This document shows positions 27,864 to 40,396 of a stretch of 64,000 nucleotides of DNA, piece by piece. Made by a program: the position numbers and the translations under genes. The notes under the pieces are model-generated. The model ran no database searches. It saw only the letters and a program-made list of their open reading frames with translations, and was not told the origin of the DNA. Location of the stretch: the NCBI RefSeq assembly GCF_006345805.1, contig NC_043000.1, positions 130,634,001-130,698,000 on the forward strand, in the 5' to 3' direction. Each line of letters begins with the position of its first letter. Within the stretch, counting starts at the first letter, position 1. This stretch comes from Octopus sinensis. Lineage: Eukaryota.

Positions 27864-28193
27864 AATGATTATTTCAAAGTCTTGAATCATCGTCATCATT
27901 ATGAAAGCATCCCATCAGGTAGAGTCGTTAGAACGTTGGGAAAATTGATATCCACTTGCTTCGGATTTATATTCTATATTAAAACCCTCAAATGTAAACG
28001 TTGCCGTTCAAATTTGCATTTACACTCTGGAGTAAATAAAGAAAAAAATATCTGTCGAGTCCTAGATCCGATGGTAACGACTTAATCCTCTCTCAACAAA
28101 ATGACTGACAGTAACAGTTATTAGGTCATCCCATAAGTTCTGTCCGAATTTTGAATAAAGGAAATAAGTGATCAAATGTTATATTTAATTCAA

Positions 28194-28550
28194 TGTAGAG
28201 AGTTTGTTGGACACAGCGTGAGACGACTGTTGTTATCGCTAGGCCTAACTCATCGTAAAGTCAATACCACCATGACTGATATCCAATCTACAGTGGAGAA
28301 GGCTAGCCACTGGATTTGGTTAAAAAGAGACGATGAGCGATGGCTAGAAGTATATTGAGTTCTTCATAACCAGCTGATCTAGCAAGCGGGGCCTCATATC
28401 AGTGAGGGGGGCCGGTGCGCATTGATGCTGTCGAGAGGTAGACCCCGAAACGGCGCGCATTCTCTCCTGATGACCCCATACACTTGCTAGCTTCCGGTAT
28501 ACGGAGCTTTTAACTGGTAGCACTTGCATGTGCAAGTTGCTTGCAAGACA
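28194..28550 (+). mobile_element. 5'-truncated HERO-like RLE-type LINE end nested in the mariner
   Basis: CREFVGHSVRRLLLSLG..VEKASHWIWLKRD resembles the GCRGF..E.AS.W.W.KR C-terminus of HERO-type elements; a GC-rich 3' UTR follows. Confidence 0.7.
28415..28477 (+). ncRNA. candidate non-circularly permuted hammerhead-like ribozyme
   Basis: TGCTGT-C|GAGAGG ... GAA-ACGGCG ... TCTCTC-CTGATGA; stems I and III each form 6 bp; stem II does not pair. Confidence 0.5.
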
Positions 28551-30208
28551 TCCCTGATTATCTATGACTTCCTTCCATCTATTTGCAAGCTTTTTAATCC
28601 TATCAATATAAAACGCTTTTGTTTTCAAAGCGAAGAACTCTGAAATGTCAGTTTCGACCTCCTCCTGGCTTGCGAAAGTTATGTCCCCCAAATGATTCTG
28701 TAAACTACGAACCAAATACTTGTCTGAAGAAGCAAGGTCGGGAGAATAAGGTGGATATGGAATTTTTTCCCAACCAAGCTCTTCGACCTTCTGTAATATG
28801 ATCTTTGCAGAGTAGGGTCGGGCATTGTCCTGATGAAACATCACTCCTTTTCGGTTCACTAAAGCGGGTCATTTTTCCTTCAAAGCTTGGTTCAAACGCT
28901 CTAATTGCTGACAGTAGACTTGAGCATTGATTGTTGCATTAGGTGGTAACAATTCAAAGTGAATTACTCCTTTGCAATCTCACCAGATAGAGAGAAGAAC
29001 CTTTTCCCCATGAAGTACCCTTCTCGGTTGTGGTTGAGCTTTTTCCCTTTCACCAAGCCACTGTTTACGACATTTAACATTTCGATAGAAGATCCATTTT
29101 TCGTTACCAGTCACAAATCTATCCAAAAAGGGTGAAATGAGTTCGCCAGAATGGAGAGAAGAACATATGTCAACTCAGGATTTGCGGTTGCTTTCAGACA
29201 ATTCATGAGGCACCCATTTTCCAAGTTTAGGAATCTTTCCAAGTTGTTGAAGATGACGATGAACTGTCGTATGGTTTGAACTAAGCATTCTTGCCAATTC
29301 TTTAACTGATAATGCAGGATTTTCTTCAAGTAATGCCTCGAGGAGCTTATCATCAAACTTAACTGGACGTCCTCTTCGATCTTCATCTTCAAGGTCGAAA
29401 TCTCCACTTCTGAATTTTGCAAACCATCTGCAAATTCTTTCATTCAAGCATTCTTTCCAATAAACTGAGTGTATTTTTCGAGTCGCTTTCTGTTTTGTAC
29501 TCATAAATCATTATGTGCCTCAAATGCTCTTTGGATACCGCCATGCTAGAAAGGGTTTTAATCAAAGAAATTTTAATTCTATTATTCTGTAAAATAATAT
29601 TTAATTCGTTTAAATGTACACAGAAGCATAAAAGCATTTTTAATTCCATTAGACATTCTAAAATACTATTAAATTTCATTCAATTTATAAAAAGGTAAGA
29701 TCGGACATAACTCATGGGATGACCTGTTATAATAAATTTATAGTGTCAAACACACGTTAAATCTGACTTTGATGAAACAGGTTCGTGCAATATCTTATGC
29801 GCACGCTCCGAAAAGACTTAAAAGGAAGAAGATATCCATTTAATATTTACATGTATTGTATGTATTTCGTTCTTCGTAAAATACGTTGTATGATTCGAAT
29901 ATCTTCTATTTGTCTTCCGGCACAAAAACATACGAGTTGTATTAATTTACATGGTACAACTAGAAACACGAAGCTGTTCCACTCAAAATCATGTATGTTT
30001 CGTTTAAGATATAAGCCTTTAGGTGTTTTTGATACCGTTTATCTAAAATAAAATATATTTATTCATACACACACACACATCTAGAGAGGGGGGTGATGGA
30101 CAGTGGGAGTGGGACATAAAACTAAGATTAAAGGGATAATTTGTATATGTAATAACATGTATGTATTTATGCATGTGTAAATATATACGTGCATAAGGTA
30201 TATATTTA

Positions 30209-30258
<50 letters not shown>

Positions 30259-30999
30259 CGAACAAGTGCGTATGTAGAATTAACCCAAAGTTATGAGGAG
30301 AAACTGAAATATGCTGAATTATTTCTTAACGTTTCGAGATTCAGCCAATTCTCATTGCAAAGGCTCGTATGTGTGTGTATATATATTTTTTGTTCACAGA
30401 TGAGATCCAAACGTTCTCATCCTATGTTAAATGCATCCATACGGCTGTAGTTGCCGATGAAAATAATCTACAAACATTATAATGGATCGTCGAGCCTCCA
30501 GAAACGGCATCGGATTTCATCCATTCCTTTAATTTTCTATATCATATGTACTCCGTATCAGCTAGGTCGTTTTATATATGTAAATATATACATATTTTGT
30601 GTTTCATGTATTTAATATACTTATTTATTGATCTGTCTAATTTACTTATCCCCAAATTTGCTTGAGCATATATACATACGTTTATGTTATAGACATATCA
30701 AAGAATTTTTATTTTTAGATATAAATGATGTACTTAAATGTAGTTGTGTTTTTAGCTTCTGCTTTTTCCATGATCACGTGTGAGTATTTTATTTATATCC
30801 CCTCGAAAACTCTACCGAAGAAGAATGTACCCTTTATAGGGATTAATTCCGAAATTGATTCAATATAGAGATAACGAAATTTAAATTTTCTAAAGGTTAG
30901 TTGCCCGCTTTCAGTTCAATTTTCCTGTAACAAGTGGATTATAAGTGGATAAATCAGTGGATTGGCTTTAGAATTAACCTTCTTTAGCCCTTAATTATA

Positions 31000-31043
<44 letters not shown>

Positions 31044-31200
31044 CATACTTTATTTTAATAAAGCATATTACTCTGCCTCTGGTATTCGAGTACTATTTTT
31101 TCCACCTTGTTTCATTTATGTGCTTGCTCTCGTATACACACACACACACACGCACACACACACATACACATATATATATATATGAATGTATGTATGTATG

Positions 31201-31232
<32 letters not shown>

Positions 31233-33295
31233 ATATATATGAATGTATATATATATACCCGTGTGTATATACATTTCTATGAGTATACTTACTGGAAAAT
31301 AAGAGCTATTTAAGTGTACAACCGACTATTGTACCTCACGTATACGATTTCCTAATGATAGTTGAGCGACAAACGTTAGAAGAGTTTTATTGGTGATGTC
31401 ATATGCTATGTAATCTTTAGTACCTAACAACATTCATCAGTAACAACATTCATCAGTAGGTTTTTTTTCTGACCACTCGTGTTATAATATTCCTTTCATA
31501 GAATAATGTGTTGATGTAATTCGTGATGCTGTGCATAAATTATGCTATGAGTTGTGTTTGAACTATTTATACTTTTCACTCATTTCTACGTGTCCATGCA
31601 ATGTTGACAGTTCTGTCAGTGACTTATTGTTTACGGTTTTCACCTTCGTGTTCTCCCATATTTTTTGCTATTTCCCCAACTGAAAAATCTGCTGGTTTGT
31701 TCACACTTATTTATCGTGCATGTTTTGGTGACAGATTTTTTTCTAAGTAAAGCAGCATGTTTCTTCGCCGTAAATGCAATTTATTGGTTATTACATCCCT
31801 CGAGCTATTTATGATTTTCATGAACCCAATCTCAAGAACTTGATTCAGTTCGAATGTTTAGTGGGAATTCTCTTTGTAACTTCACGACCTGTGACAGCTG
31901 ATTCCGGATTCCTATCTTATCATGATCTATGCAATTTTAATCTGTGTTATTTATTCAGTTGCTGAGTTATCTCACTGTGACCATTTCCAACATGGTGCTT
32001 GTTTCCATTTGTTTGAAAAACATAGAGAATCTTTTTCTTAAATTTTATTTTGACATGGCTTGAATACAATGTTTTAGGGGACGGTATTCATAATACGAAA
32101 GAATAGTGTTACCCTCTAATTCCCGCTTAACAATGCATGGCGTCACATGTACGAACGTCTGCATGCATGTATGTGCCATTTCTACGCTATCATATTGCTT
32201 TTCTAATCAACGGCTCACATTGATGAAGAATATTAGTTTTAAATACGTACATGTTGTTTTTACTTACCACCAGCTTGACCAAATATTTACATGCATGGTA
32301 TGTACGTACGTATGCATGTATGTATGTATGAATGTATGTATGTATTTATGTATGTATGCATGCACACATGTATGTATGCATGCACGCATGTATGTATGTA
32401 TGTGTGTATATATGTATGTATCATGTGTGTAGGACAGTACATATGTATTTGCTATTGCAGTATAGATATCTGAAACAATTTCGGCGTGTAAGTCATCGAT
32501 GCAGCTTTATTCATTTATTCTTGTTTGCATGATTTCATTTCATTCAATAATTGAATTGGATTTCAGGCCTTAGAAAATACACTGTGATAGAGTATGTCTT
32601 TAATCGCATACAGCATAAAAACACATCTGTTATGATAACCAAACATACGATAGCCATATTTTCAGAACGAGTATTCATTAATCGGAACGAATGCACAGAG
32701 TAAAGTATTGATATGAAGAACATTCCCTTTATAAATGTATTTTAAAATTGCCAAGGACGTGTTTAGATACATTTGATCAGGATCAAGTGGAGGATAAAGT
32801 TAGATTTATTCGTGTGCAAAATTCTAAGATGCCTTCAAAGAACATTATTTATTGTTGCAAAGAAAAAAAAAAGCTGAAATTTAATTTAGCTGAAAAATGT
32901 AAAATTAAAGGCTTTGAAAGAAACAGAAAAGGCTAGAGGGCGTTGAGGTTGAAAGCGTTAATTAATATTACATTAAGTGTGGTGTAGTGTGATAATCGTC
33001 AGAGTTACAAAGAGCAGAATGCATGGAATAACTACCAATTAGTTTATTTTTGCAATATTCATTTTCTGTACAAATTGGTGTTGCAAGAATCATTTTCTCC
33101 TCCAATAAGGTTGAGCTTCAAATAGTCTCTTTTAATTCAAAATATTTACGATTACTCTCCTATCTTTTTCAAATCTTTAATTAGTGTTGTTTCCCTCCGA
33201 TTTCTCAAAGTTACAAATCAACACATTTTTATGATCAGAAATAGTTTTCTAGCGCAATGCAGAGGTGTACTCTACCTTTAATTCACATTCTTTAG

Positions 33296-33337
33296 GTGAT
33301 CATTAGCCAAAGTAGCTGGAGTTCTCTGAAACGCACG
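33296..33337 (+). CDS. candidate internal micro-exon (VIISQSSWSSLKRT)
   Basis: Acceptor cctttaattcacattctttAG and donor ACG|GTAAGA; 42 nt, phase 0/0. Confidence 0.35.
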
Positions 33338-34090
33338 GTAAGATGTTATACAAGATATTTGTGAATACACAACTATTTTTTTTTATGTATCTTCCTTTTT
33401 ATTTTCACATAAAAAGCATAATATTCTCTAATGTATCTTGTAAAAATGTCAGAAATAATTCCAAGTTCAATATCTATGCTATCTTATTGATTTCATAATC
33501 AATTGCTCATATTAATGAAGAATATTTCTATAAAATACATAGATTTTATTGTTGGTGGTTTTATTTAGCGACAGGTTGGCCAAATACAGGACAGCTTTGA
33601 AGAGACTCATTCTAGATGAGATCATAGGTTGTAGTATATCGTGTGCTGTTTTTTTTCAGGAGTGAATATGTTCATGGGTATTTGACTGTTATGTGTCACA
33701 TATGAAATACCCGTGTATAGGAACATAAAAATGGAAAATGATATTTTATGTTACGTAATACATAATCATATGTATTAGTTTCAGTCAAAATAACATTACT
33801 TCAAGTTATGCTATTTTAATTCAAATTCTAAACAGAAGAAAGAAAGACACTCTTAATCGTTTGCATGCTTGACTCTGAGAGTTGCAACCAGGCATCCGAA
33901 TGATCGGAAATATTTCTCTTAGTTCTGTGAAATTCTAAATAATGCGATTCGACTGACATACATACGTACGTACCTACATACCTACCTACCTATGTATGTG
34001 TCTATGTATGTATGTATGTATGTATGTATGTATGTATGTATGTATGTATGTATGTATGTATGTACGTATGTATGTATGTTTGTATGAATG

Positions 34091-34121
<31 letters not shown>

Positions 34122-34135
34122 GCATATATGCATGT

Positions 34136-34530
34136 ACGAAGTTCATTCCAGTAGTTTTGATACTTTTTGAGGGGTGACATTTATTTATTTCAAGGAATTA
34201 CGATACTCTATTCCTTCAAAGTAGCATTTTCTGACTTTAATTCACTTGTAGTCCTCCAGTCTCTCGGAAATCCTCTAATTTGAGAGTGTGCAGGAACCTT
34301 GTCACAACCTCTGTCTTCTCAGTTCCATCAAAATGGTTGCCCCTCATTTTCTCTTTCAACTTGGCAACAATCAGACGTGACGGGGAGCAAGTTCTGGACC
34401 GTATGGAGGGTGAGGAACAGTTTTGACGCCCATCTCTGTGAATAGCTAGTATGGAATTGTGAGAAGCATTGTTTAGCAGGGTGCGTCTAAAGTGCTGTTA
34501 CAGCCGTTCCCTTCAACCTGGAAGAAAAAA
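34136..34530 (-). mobile_element. old mariner transposase 3' remnant
   Basis: Minus strand reads EMGVKTVPHPPYGPELAP..LPKLKEKMRG. Confidence 0.7.
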
Positions 34531-34577
34531 ATCAATTGGTCTTTCAACTTATTAGATGTACAGTAACGAGTTATTAA

Positions 34578-35507
34578 CCCCTCAATGGATTATCCCGAGT
34601 TTACTCGTGCATCGCAAATGTATCTTTTAGAACCAGACGGATATACTCGGTCAAAATTTACTTTTAATTTTAGCACTCAAACGAGTTTATTTGTTTTGTG
34701 TCGTTTCATTTTTGAGAAATCACGAATTTACTCTCGTTGTGGTACGCCTGGCAGCATATATACGGGCGCCATTTCAAAGAATTTATGCTTATGGGTTTTG
34801 AACTTTTACTTCAGTGCATACTCAGATTCAGGAGGAGGTTGATGTGATTTTAGAACCGTCTCGTTTTGATTCTCTATTATTTATACAAATAAGAGAATTT
34901 ATTTACGCATTTTGTGTTCTCAAAATGGATGAAGATTTAGATATATTCAGCGATCATGAAAGCGATTTTTCATTTCGCGATCTGGAAAGCTCTGGAGATG
35001 AATTAAACATCCCACATCCAACAAGATTTGCCCCAGCTGGTCACCTTCCCATGGAAATACCACCAAGTGACAAGAAAAAGATCCTGACAAGACAGTGTGC
35101 AAAATGCGCAGAGAAGAGAGATGCTAGAGGAAAGAAGATTCGAAGAGAAAGCAGATACATGTGTGATGTCTGCAAGATGATTTTGTGTGTAACTCCTTGT
35201 TTTAAAAAATTATCATTCTAAATAAACTGTCTATTTCATTAAAAAGAAAAATTTCCTTTGATTTAAAAGCAATACAGCTTATAAAAAATCGAAGATAGTT
35301 AAGTTATATGTATTTTTCAATGTCCGAGTTAACTCGTTTAAATCCAAATGAGTAAAAGTACATTTTAATTTCTATAATAAAAAATAAAGGAAACAAGATA
35401 AAAAAACTTTTTTTTGTAATTAACACTGTGTATATGATTAAAAAACGAAATAAAAAAATATGCTCTGAAATGAAACACTATGTCAAAATAATTGATCCAT
35501 TAAGGGC
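34578..35507 (+). mobile_element. internally deleted piggyBac-like element (930 bp)
   Basis: TTAA at 34574-34577 and 35508-35511; 13-bp TIRs (CCCCTCAATGGAT vs GCCCTTAATGGAT); palindromic CGAGT.ACTCG motif near both ends; C-terminal cysteine-rich domain retained. Confidence 0.88.
34925..35221 (+). CDS. 98-aa piggyBac mini-ORF: acidic N-terminus fused in frame to the cysteine-rich domain
   Basis: MDEDLDIFSDHESD.. joined to RQCAKC..RRESRYMCDVCKMILCVTPCFKK; no DDD core. Confidence 0.6.
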   Translation: MDEDLDIFSDHESDFSFRDLESSGDELNIPHPTRFAPAGHLPMEIPPSDKKKILTRQCAKCAEKRDARGKKIRRESRYMCDVCKMILCVTPCFKKLSF

Positions 35508-36410
35508 TTAAAATTACAATAATCTAAGAAAAATCAATACTGCCATTCGTAAAAAATGTCCCAAACCTTCTGGAATGCAGTTTGTATATCTGCATATATG
35601 CTAGCTGGCATGCATACGTCTATGTGTGTGTGTGTGTGTGTGTGTATAGAGGAACGGCAATAGTAAAATATAAGTATATATGGCCCAAATTTAAGGCCAC
35701 AGTTTTGCTTCTACGTAGCTGGAATTTTGCATAGACGCATGTTATTTCATGGAGTACATTTCAGGTTAAGTCACTTTCCCTGAAATTTGTTCTTTTAGTT
35801 CGATACAGAGAAACTAATAATATCCTATTGCACTGCAAGCGCTGCAATAAATCATGGAAAAATGTTACTGAATATAGAAATATACATTAATTGTAATTAT
35901 GTAATGCAGTAAAGTATTTTGGGAAGAAACATGTTTTCCTAGAAAGTAAAAAATATATGAGTTTCATTGCAGAATCTGTGTTTTGTATTTGTATTTTGTA
36001 TTTTATAAGTGTATTTTAGTTTTGTATTTTCGCTCCTTTCTCATGAAGCTCAGATTGAACCATTTTTGGAATGCTTCTATACAACATATCTGAGTGAATC
36101 AATATGCTTGGACGAGCTGAACATTGACAGAATCTTTTTAAAGTAATTTACCCGAAATGTACCGAATTCTTCTGATTGTATCTATTTTAGGCATTAATAA
36201 ACCTGGGCAAGGCCATAAATAACCGGAAGGATATACACACATATAGATAGAGATAGATTCATAAATACATGCAAATATATATATGTATGTATATATAAAA
36301 GTGTGTGTGTGTGTTTGTGCGTGGGCATATATGCATGTTTATATGTGTATGTATATATATGTATATGTACATATTATATATACACATACATACATGCATA
36401 TATATATATA

Positions 36411-37062
36411 TATAAACAATGTACATTTAAACACGTAAGAGGTATCCGTCATTAAGATTCCTTTCACGCTAGAAGGAACAGCTGAAGTCCAAACCACTAT
36501 TAGGGATAAAAACTCGAAAGGAATGAAAAATATAAACATTTACCACCAAAATTCTGGACCATGTTTTCAGACTCTTTTTTAGCAAATAAAATAATTTGCT
36601 CGGCGAAGTCTTCTTCAACAGGTACAACTAGATTAAGTATATAAGTACGTGGCAAATCCAGCATGTGCCTCTTGATTATACATTATATATTTTCAAATCC
36701 ACCGCAAAGAAATGTCGATATTTTTGTTGTTATTTTTTTTTTGCTCCTGACAAAATACTGCGCTTGCACGATGGATTTGAAAAATTATAGTGTATAAGCA
36801 AGAGGCACATGGTGGATTTTTCTAGTACTTATGTTTAATCTAGGCGTACCTGTTGAAGAAGACTTCGCCTAGCAAATTATTTTCTTTGCTAAAAAAAGTC
36901 TGAAATCATGGTCCAGGAGATTGATAGTAAATGTTTCTATTTTTTATTCTCTTCGAGTTTTTATCCCTAATAGTGGTTTGGACTTTAGCTGTACCTTCTA
37001 GCGTGAAAGGAATCCTAATGACAGATACCTCTTATGTGTTTAAATATACACTGTTTTTATAT
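36411..37062. repeat. fold-back element: ~290-bp inverted arms, 70-bp spacer
   Basis: 36411-36701 is the reverse complement of 36772-37062 at roughly 85-90% identity (by eye). Confidence 0.9.
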
Positions 37063-37366
37063 AAATAATATATAGTCTATTGACTAATTTTTCTAAACGC
37101 TAGGCCACAGGTAGTAAACATTTCTAAAATCTTTATTACCCTGATATTATTAATTATATATATAATAGGATAAATATACACACCAGTCATTGATATTTGT
37201 TTGTTCGATTTTTGTACGTTTCTTACTAGAATCTGTCACTCATAATTCAATTTATGTACCGTAAACATTGGAACATTTGCACATTTGTACATATTTACTG
37301 AAATTGTACATTTTGATTCTGTTGTGCCTGGGGAGAGTAATTTTCTTTTTGTGCCTTATAATTTAA

Positions 37367-37524
37367 CACGCTCACCGGTAAAATTTCCACTTATTTCTTA
37401 TTTTTATTTCCCTAAAATGTTCGTAAAAACTGTCCCAATAATTTTGTTGCGTCTTGCAACCTTTTCAATAGTCTTTTAGGAAAATAAAAATAAGAAATAA
37501 GTGAAAAGTTTACCGGTGAATGTG
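37367..37524. repeat. MITE-like inverted repeat (51-bp arms, 56-bp spacer)
   Basis: cacgctcaccggtaaaattt..cctaaaa pairs with ttttagg..tttaccggtgaatgtg, with ~5 mismatches. Confidence 0.7.
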
Positions 37525-38069
37525 AGGAACAGAAAGAAAATGGCTCTCCACAGACACAACAGAATATTCTTCAACACACGAACTCATATAAAGAGTCTTG
37601 CAAACCAAATCCAAAAACGAAATATACTTTTATTGAAATTCTTTAGTTTGTTCATTTTCTTACCGCTTTCCCATAATTTTAACGAACAGTGTCATAAAAT
37701 GTTAAAATATTATAAGTTGTCTTTATATATTGCAGGCATGCCTAAAATAGACAAGAATGGAATAGATTATAGATAAATCATTTAATAAGAGGAAGAACCC
37801 TTGCATCCACTAAAAACGTTTTTCTGCGCTGACCGATGTCCAAGTTTAGCACAATGTTCCTGCATGCATTTTTCTGCTATTTTTCGTTTGTAAACAAACC
37901 GATGTCATGGCAGTTATTCACTATGCAACGTACTTAAGTAAAACAGCATTTGAAGATCTTTTTATTTTATGAATCTTTGTTTATATACAGCGCTAACAAA
38001 ACTTAATCCAAGGCGTAAAAATGACAACAGTTTCAAATATAGAGAATTGTAGGCTCCTTAAAACTAATA

Positions 38070-38510
<441 letters not shown>

Positions 38511-38594
38511 ATACAACAGAGTTATGTCACATATTATTAAGCAACTAGACTCTTTTCTCAATAAGAAAAGCTTCGGCTGTTATCAATTTTTAAT

Positions 38595-38933
38595 AATAAA
38601 GGGTAAAGACCCCCTTCGGTCATGAATGACCATGGGATTGCACCTAGAAAGTTACCCTCCTAGACACAAGTCCGGGCAAGGTTGTTTATGGAAGACCAGC
38701 AGTCGCCCATGCATACCAGCCTCCCCTCTCCACGCCACCAGTGTTATCCAAGGGAAAGACAAAGGTCGATACAGCTTGGTACCAGTGACGTCGCAACTCA
38801 TTTCTACAGCTGAGTGAACTGGAGCAACGTGAAATAAAGTGCCTTGCTCAAGAACACAACACGCAGCCCGGTCCGGGATTCGAGCTCACAACCTCACGAT
38901 CGTAAGCTCGACGCTCTAACCACTGAGCCATGC
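38595..38933 (-). mobile_element. tRNA-Val-like SINE (family C)
   Basis: Head GGCTCAGTGGTTAGAGCG..CT-TAC-GA..GAGCTCGAATCCC, then GTGTTCTTGAGCAAGGCACTT core-type motif and a 3' tail; no acceptor stem. Confidence 0.75.
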
Positions 38934-39587
38934 AAAACCAAGATAAATAAATAAACTGATGATAAAAGCTAACATATTTCTAGCCCAATATTTTTAACAA
39001 GAGTATTCTGTAATATTAAATTCTTTAATCCATATTGTGGATTCCATGTCAAATTACTTTCGAAGGTTCATATCAAGTTGTGTGAGTATCCACAATATCT
39101 CCCATTACATAACTTTGATCTTCTGAAGTAACTTGCATACCTTTCTCTGTGCGTGTGCGTGTGTGTGGGTGTGTGTGTCTGTGTGTGTGTGTGTGTGTTT
39201 GTGTGAGTGTGTGTGCGTGCGTGCGGGCGTGTGTGTGAGTGTGTGTGCAAGGAAAACTACTTCGACATGTACGATGCAGATTATCTAGTATCAATATCTT
39301 GGTTGGGAGGTTGCATGTTTACCCTGTGAATGTAAGGGTCGTTTCAGTAAGTATTTATTGATATATTTGATCCTTTCACTTTCTTATTTAATATTCTGAA
39401 GAGTGTCATGGCAGATTATTTGCTTCCATTTTGTCTACACTTCTGATCCAATGGTAGTATTCAGTTGACAACATCTCTAGAACCTGAACCATGAGTTGTA
39501 CTTCAATATCGTACTGCAGTGGTTTAAGACAAACCACGAATTACATGTGTTTTTTTTAGCACAAATTATTCCTGCCAGAGAAATATA

Positions 39588-39827
39588 TATTTCTTTACTA
39601 CCCACAAGGGGCTAAACACAGAGGGGACAACAAGGACAGACAAACGGATTAAGTCGATTACATCAACCCCAGTGTGTAACTGGTACTTAATTTATCGACC
39701 CCGAAAGGATGAAAGGCAAAGTCGAACTCGGCGGAATTTGAACCCAGAACGTAACGGCAAACGAAATACGGCTACGCATTTCGCCCGGCGTGCTAACGTT
39801 TCTGCCAGCTCGCCGCCTTATATAGCT
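39588..39827 (-). mobile_element. family A SINE with perfect 16-bp TSD
   Basis: CTGCCAGAGAAATATA at 39572-39587 and 39828-39843. Confidence 0.92.
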
Positions 39828-40011
39828 CTGCCAGAGAAATATAATTTAGAGAAACCTTGTCAAACCTACGTGCTGTTTCAGCCGATTATCAAACATGTGC
39901 ATGAGAAATTATTGCAAACGTACACAATATTACAAAAATGTACAATGTACCTAATCATAATTAAGAATAACAAAACTATAAAAAAAAACGAGGTAGCTAT
40001 TTTTTACTAGT

Positions 40012-40396
40012 GCTACTCTTTTACTTGTTTCATTCATTTGACTGTGACCATGCTGGAACATCGCCTTTAGTCGAGACCCCAAACTTATTATTTGTAAGCT
40101 TAGTACTTATTCAATCGTTCTCTTTTTAACGAACCGCTAAGTTACGGAGATGTAAACATACCAACATCGGTTGTCAAGCGATGTTTGGGGGACAAACACA
40201 AACACATAAACACACACACACACATACACATATACATATAATACATATATATATACGATGGGATTCTTTCAGTTTCTGTCTACCAAATCAATTCACAGAG
40301 CTTTGCTCGACCCGGAGCTATAGTAGAAGACACTTGCCCAAGGTGCCACGCAGTAGGAATGAACCCAGAACCATGTGGTTGGTAAGCAAACTACTT
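40012..40396 (-). mobile_element. family B SINE whose head is split; the remainder is at 42250-42276
   Basis: Stops at gtaagcaaactactt and resumes at gtaagcaagctactt-accacacagcca. Confidence 0.85.

Larger units (their letters stand above)
28121..29727 (-). mobile_element. full-length decayed mariner interrupted by a LINE fragment
   Basis: TIRs (TT/AC)AGGTCATCCCAT.AGTT.TGTCCGA with TA flanks. Transposase pieces: HTH RWFAKFRSGDFDLED, WVPHEL, HQDNARP, YPPYSPDLASSD. About 1.25 kb after removing the insert. Confidence 0.9.

Noticed and set aside
38860-38933. Functional tRNA gene
   Set aside because: No acceptor stem, B-box mutated, continuous with a SINE body.
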